NCBI GenBank assembly: GCA_963720545.1 | Contig: OY970399.1 | Span: forward strand, 1,984,001 to 2,048,000 | Direction: 5' to 3' | DNA: 64,000 nt | Origin: an uncultured Acidobacteriota bacterium | GTDB lineage: Bacteria > Acidobacteriota > Vicinamibacteria > Fen-336 | In this document: positions 60,017-64,000 of the stretch, one piece after another | Layout of the letters: each line of letters starts with the position of its first letter | Position numbering within the stretch: the first letter of the stretch is position 1 | Position numbers and translations under genes: made by a program | Notes under the pieces: model-generated | What the model was told of the DNA's origin: nothing | The model's input: only the letters and a program-made list of their open reading frames with translations | Databases searched by the model: none

Positions 60017-60355
60017 ATGAAGCTGCGTGCCGCGCGACTGTGCCTGGACTGCGAGGAGATGCACGATCAGCCCCGCTGTCCGGCCTGCACCTCGGAGACG
60101 TTCGTGTACATGACGCGCTGGGTGCCGGAGCCCGACCCCCGGGCGCCGAGGCCGCAGGCCGTGACCTCGCCCGACGCGGAGGTCTACAAGGAACTGGTGG
60201 GAACGAAGGGCGCGCCTCCCGCAAACAGGAAGAAGCGCGGTCGCCGGCTGCTGAAGAGCGGCGTGATCAGCCTGGCGGCGGTCGGTGTCGTCGGCTGGTT
60301 CCTCGGCGGCCGGCGCAGCTCCTCGTCTGCACCGTCCGGCCCGCCGCTCGGCTGA
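60017..60355 (+). CDS. Small Zn-ribbon protein with C-terminal membrane anchor
   Basis: CLDCEEMH...CPAC; basic patch followed by a TM helix. Confidence 0.7.
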   Translation: MKLRAARLCLDCEEMHDQPRCPACTSETFVYMTRWVPEPDPRAPRPQAVTSPDAEVYKELVGTKGAPPANRKKRGRRLLKSGVISLAAVGVVGWFLGGRRSSSSAPSGPPLG

Positions 60356-61987
60356 TCAGGGGTTCGCGGCGGGGCGCACCGTCGGATAGGCGATGCCGAG
60401 CTGCTCCAGGTAGCTCTTGTAGCGCGTGGCGTCGTAGTAGAAGGGCTTCATCTGCGGGCGGTACTTCGCCATCACTTGTTCGTTGAGCCAGATCGCCGGC
60501 TTGTCCTCGGCGCGCATCAGCGGCGTGTACTTCAGCTCCTTGGTCTGGACGTCGTTGAAGTAGGTCCACGCCGCCTTCACGAGTTCCGGCTTCAGCAGGA
60601 TGTCGAGCATCGTCATCGCCTGCGCCTTGGCGCCGGCGGTTGCGCCCTTGTGGGCGATGGGTGTTGCCATCGCGACGGAGTTCGCCCAGTTGTGGCCGGG
60701 CAGGTCCGGGATGTTCGACGGGTAGCGCAGCGTGATGGTGGGCACCGCCCACGACACGTCGCCGATGTCGTCCGAGCCGCCGCCGCGCAGGTCCTCTTCC
60801 TTCTCGGGGGGCGTGCCCAGCTTGTCGAGCTCGACCGCGAGGCCCTTCTCCTTGACCTTCAGCTCCTTCTGCAGCGCCTTGGCGAGCGCCTGGTCGGCGG
60901 CGTCCCATTTCGGCAGGCCCACGGCCTTGATGTTCGCGTCCATCGCTTCCGCGATCGGCCGGCTCATGTGCTCAGGCCACGCCGAGCCGAGGACCGCCTG
61001 GGTGAAGGTGGTGCCGGTCATGAGCGCCGCGCCCTCCGCGATCTTGGTGCCCATGTCCCACATTTCCTTCACGCGCGGGTAGTCGGTTTCGCGGAAGTAG
61101 TACCAGACGGACGCCTTGCGCGGCACCACGTTCGGCTGGTCGCCACCGCTGGTGATGATCGAGTGCGAGCGCTGCTGGGTGCGCAGGTGCTCGCGCTTGA
61201 AGTTCCAGCCGACGTCCATCAGCTCTACCGCGTCGAGCGCGCTCTTGCCGCGCCACGGCGCGCCGGCGGAGTGCGCGGTTTCGCCGAGGAAGGTGTATTC
61301 GACGGAGACGACGCCGTTCACCTGGGCGTTGACGCCCCATGAGGTCGCGAAGTTGTCGTCCACGTGGGAAAAGAGGCACACGTCCACGTCCTTGAAGACA
61401 CCCGCCCGCACCAGATACGCCTTGGTGCCGAGCAGTTCCTCGGCGACGCCCGGCCAGATCCGGAGCGTTCCCGGCAGGTGCTCACGCTCCATCAGCTTCT
61501 TCACCGCGATCGCGGCCGTGATGTTCACCGCCTGGCCCGAGTTGTGGCCCTCGCCGTGCCCCGGAGCGCCCTCGACGAGCGCCTCGTGATAGGCAACACC
61601 GGGCTTTTGCGAGGCTTGCGGGATGCCGTCGATGTCGGACCCGAGTGCGATCACCGGCTTGCCCGATCCCCAGGTCGCGGTCCACGCGGTGGGGATGCCG
61701 GCGACGCCCTTCTCCACCTTGAAGCCGTTCTTCTCGAGAATCGCGATGAGGTAGCGGCTCGTCTCCACCTCCTGGAAACCAAGCTCGCCGAAGCTGAAGA
61801 TGGAGTCGATCGCCTGTTGGGTGAAGACCTGCATCGCCTCGACATCCGCAGCGGCCTCGCGCTTCAGTTTCTCGACGCGGGGATCGGGCTTCGGGGGCTT
61901 CGCCGGCCTGGCCGGGGCCGCAGCGGCGCCCGCTGCGACGCCGCCAAGAGCCAGTGCGGCCACGACCAACAGACATCTTGCCTTCAT
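60356..61987 (-). CDS. Secreted M20 amidohydrolase (AbgB-like)
   Basis: Signal peptide, ELGFQE, GHGEGHN, AEE, GGSDDIGDVSW. Confidence 0.9.
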   Translation of the reverse strand: MKARCLLVVAALALGGVAAGAAAAPARPAKPPKPDPRVEKLKREAAADVEAMQVFTQQAIDSIFSFGELGFQEVETSRYLIAILEKNGFKVEKGVAGIPTAWTATWGSGKPVIALGSDIDGIPQASQKPGVAYHEALVEGAPGHGEGHNSGQAVNITAAIAVKKLMEREHLPGTLRIWPGVAEELLGTKAYLVRAGVFKDVDVCLFSHVDDNFATSWGVNAQVNGVVSVEYTFLGETAHSAGAPWRGKSALDAVELMDVGWNFKREHLRTQQRSHSIITSGGDQPNVVPRKASVWYYFRETDYPRVKEMWDMGTKIAEGAALMTGTTFTQAVLGSAWPEHMSRPIAEAMDANIKAVGLPKWDAADQALAKALQKELKVKEKGLAVELDKLGTPPEKEEDLRGGGSDDIGDVSWAVPTITLRYPSNIPDLPGHNWANSVAMATPIAHKGATAGAKAQAMTMLDILLKPELVKAAWTYFNDVQTKELKYTPLMRAEDKPAIWLNEQVMAKYRPQMKPFYYDATRYKSYLEQLGIAYPTVRPAANP

Positions 61988-62066
61988 CGTGCCTCCATCG
62001 TCATGCTTCGATTGTCCGAATGCTATTCTGGTCGCGCCCACAAATCCCACAGCGAAAGGACGTCTC

Positions 62067-63005
62067 ATGATTCACGAGAGCATCCTCGGCACCATCGGCA
62101 ATACGCCAGTCGTGCGCATCAACCGCCTCGCGCCTTCCGGGATCACGATGTACGTCAAGTGCGAGTTCTTCAACCCGATGAGCTCGGTGAAGGACCGGCT
62201 CGCGATCGCGCTCATCGAGGACGCCGAAAGAAAAGGCACGCTGAAGCCCGGGCAGACGGTGATCGAGCCAACCTCGGGCAACACCGGCATCGCGCTTGCC
62301 ATGGTCTGCGCGGTCAAGGGCTATCCGTTCGTCGCCGTCATGTCGGACAGCTTCAGTGTCGAGCGGCGCAAGCTGATGAAGGCGCTGGGCGCGAAGGTGA
62401 TCCTGCACCCCGCGGCGGAGCGCGGCAGCGGCATGGTGCGCCGCTGCAAGGAGCTCGCCGAGCAGCACGGCTTCTTCTTCCCGCAGCAGTTCGAGAACCC
62501 GGCGAACCCCGAGTACCACCGCAAGACCACGGGGCCGGAGATCATCCGCGACTTCTCGGGCAAGCGCCTCGACTATTTCGTGAGCGGCATCGGCACCGGC
62601 GGCACCATCACCGGTGCGGGCGAAGTGCTGAAGGCGGCGCGGCCGGACGTGAAGATCGTGTACACCGAGCCCGCCGGCGCCCCGATCGTCACCAAGGGCG
62701 AATGGCAGCCGCACAAGATCCAGGGCTGGAACCCCGACTTCGTTCCCGGGGTCTTCAACCGCGAGGTCTTCGACGAGTCGGAAACGGTCACCGACGTCGA
62801 GGCGCGCGACACCGCTCGGCAGCTGGCCACGAAGGAAGGGCTGTTCTGCGGCATCTCCTCGGGCGCGACGTTCGCGGCGGCCCTCAAGGTCGCAAAGCGC
62901 GCCGCGCAGGGCGCCGTGATCCTCGCGATGCTGCCGGACACCGGGGAACGCTACCTGTCCACCTTCCTGTTCGAGGGGATCACCGAGGAAACGGACACCG
63001 TCTAG
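62067..63005 (+). CDS. cysK: Cysteine synthase A
   Basis: IGNTP, FNPMSSVKDR, PTSGNTG, GTGGT, HKIQG, PDTGERYLST. Confidence 0.95.
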   Translation: MIHESILGTIGNTPVVRINRLAPSGITMYVKCEFFNPMSSVKDRLAIALIEDAERKGTLKPGQTVIEPTSGNTGIALAMVCAVKGYPFVAVMSDSFSVERRKLMKALGAKVILHPAAERGSGMVRRCKELAEQHGFFFPQQFENPANPEYHRKTTGPEIIRDFSGKRLDYFVSGIGTGGTITGAGEVLKAARPDVKIVYTEPAGAPIVTKGEWQPHKIQGWNPDFVPGVFNREVFDESETVTDVEARDTARQLATKEGLFCGISSGATFAAALKVAKRAAQGAVILAMLPDTGERYLSTFLFEGITEETDTV

Positions 63006-63108
63006 ACCACAAGCTCCTCTTTTGTGCGATGGTTGAGATGATGGTTCATCCGGAACGAGGCAGTCCCCGCCTCGGCACTCATCAATACAATCTGCGAAGG
63101 AGGCGTTT

Positions 63109-63486
63109 GTGGCTCTGAAGGATTCCTACAGCGACGTTCTGACGGGCGCGTCCAACACGGGCGTCAAGGTGACGGACGTGAAGGAAGAGGGCGGCAAGCT
63201 CAAGATCTGGGCGACCGCCGAATACCAGTATGACAAGGACCGGCTCTGGGATGCGGTCAAGAAGCACGCGAACTGGGAGAAGGAAGTGTCGCTCGACGTC
63301 AAGGTTACGAACAGCGATGTCTTCGGCTACCACACCGTGCAGTCGGGCGACACCCTCTCGAAGATCGCGAAGTCGGCCTACGACAACGCTGGCGCCTACA
63401 ACAAGATCTTCGAGGCCAACCGCGACATCCTCACCGACCCCAACATGATCAAGCCGGGCCAGCGCCTCAAGATCCCCAATAAGTAG
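63109..63486 (+). CDS. LysM-domain protein (Kbp/YgaU-like)
   Basis: HTVQSGDTLSKIAK...IFEANRD...NMIKPGQRLKIP; AGGAGG RBS. Confidence 0.9.
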   Translation: MALKDSYSDVLTGASNTGVKVTDVKEEGGKLKIWATAEYQYDKDRLWDAVKKHANWEKEVSLDVKVTNSDVFGYHTVQSGDTLSKIAKSAYDNAGAYNKIFEANRDILTDPNMIKPGQRLKIPNK

Positions 63487-63511
63487 GAGGCGCGACCCGT
63501 CGCCCGTCAAG

Positions 63512-63547
63512 AGCCGGAGCCCGCAAGGGTCTCCGGCTTTTCTGTTT
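63512..63547 (+). terminator. Rho-independent terminator
   Basis: AGCCGGAGCCC-GCAA-GGGTCTCCGGCT followed by a T-rich tail. Confidence 0.8.
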
Positions 63548-63588
63548 CGGATGTAGCATTCGGCGACTTCACTGCTCAGGAGGCTCCG

Positions 63589-64000
63589 ATGAAGAGTTCG
63601 CGCTGGTTGAAGCTCGGGACGATGGCGGCGCTCGTGGTCGGTCTTGCGAATGTGGCGGCGGCGAGCAGCACGCCGACGAGCGTCACGCCCACCCCGACGC
63701 CAACGCCAACCCCCGTGCCACAGGTGCGGACATTGATCCGCCAGGGGCCGTTCGACAGCCCGAACGAGAAGGTCGGGGTCTGTCACCTTCAGCCAATGCC
63801 GACAGGCGCAGGCGATCTGGAGCTCATCGTCGACTGGACCTTTGCGGACAGCAGTACGTCGGGGTCTGGCATCGTGAGCGGGACCTGCGTGCAGGACAAC
63901 GTCTTCAATCCTGATCGCGCGACCTGTACGAAGCTCCGCGCAGTCGGTGCAGGCGCGGCGCCCAAGCCGCGGAACGGCAGGCGCGCAACAATGCCGCGGC
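63589..64000 (+). CDS. Secreted hypothetical protein with PT-repeat linker (partial, runs off the right edge)
   Basis: AGGAGG RBS; MKSSRWLKLGTMAALVVGLANVAAASSTPTSVTPTPTPTPTP...; frame open to the window end. Confidence 0.65.
   Translation, partial: MKSSRWLKLGTMAALVVGLANVAAASSTPTSVTPTPTPTPTPVPQVRTLIRQGPFDSPNEKVGVCHLQPMPTGAGDLELIVDWTFADSSTSGSGIVSGTCVQDNVFNPDRATCTKLRAVGAGAAPKPRNGRRATMPR

Overview
High-GC (roughly 70% by eye) bacterial chromosomal segment. Gene content suggests Acidobacteriota (Vicinamibacteria-like), which is an inference: many secreted peptidases, TPR/CHAT proteins, a Ser/Thr kinase-TPR protein and a direct-repeat SOS box. It holds about 55 genes. In order: a divergent CHAT (caspase-like)-TPR / ECF sigma / zinc-finger anti-sigma-TPR module; an enzyme-less microcompartment shell locus (1 BMC-H, 3 BMC-P, a small Cys/His protein with an encapsulation-peptide-like N-terminus); dinB and alkA; peptidases; a TetR-RND efflux operon; a REP/REPIN-rich stretch around proC and amrS; an SplB-like radical SAM gene; a Cu ATPase; an FAD/FeS D-lactate dehydrogenase; a GGDEF protein; an imuA-imuB-dnaE2 cassette split by an M13 peptidase; then housekeeping genes (udp, truA, glnA, rsgA, ATP-dependent ligase, cysK). 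Three near-identical GCGAA-N6-GCGAAAGT boxes define a probable LexA regulon. About 12 single-base indels (CHAT, sigma, dnaE2, glnA) look like read or consensus errors. No rRNA, tRNA, CRISPR array or transposase was recognised.
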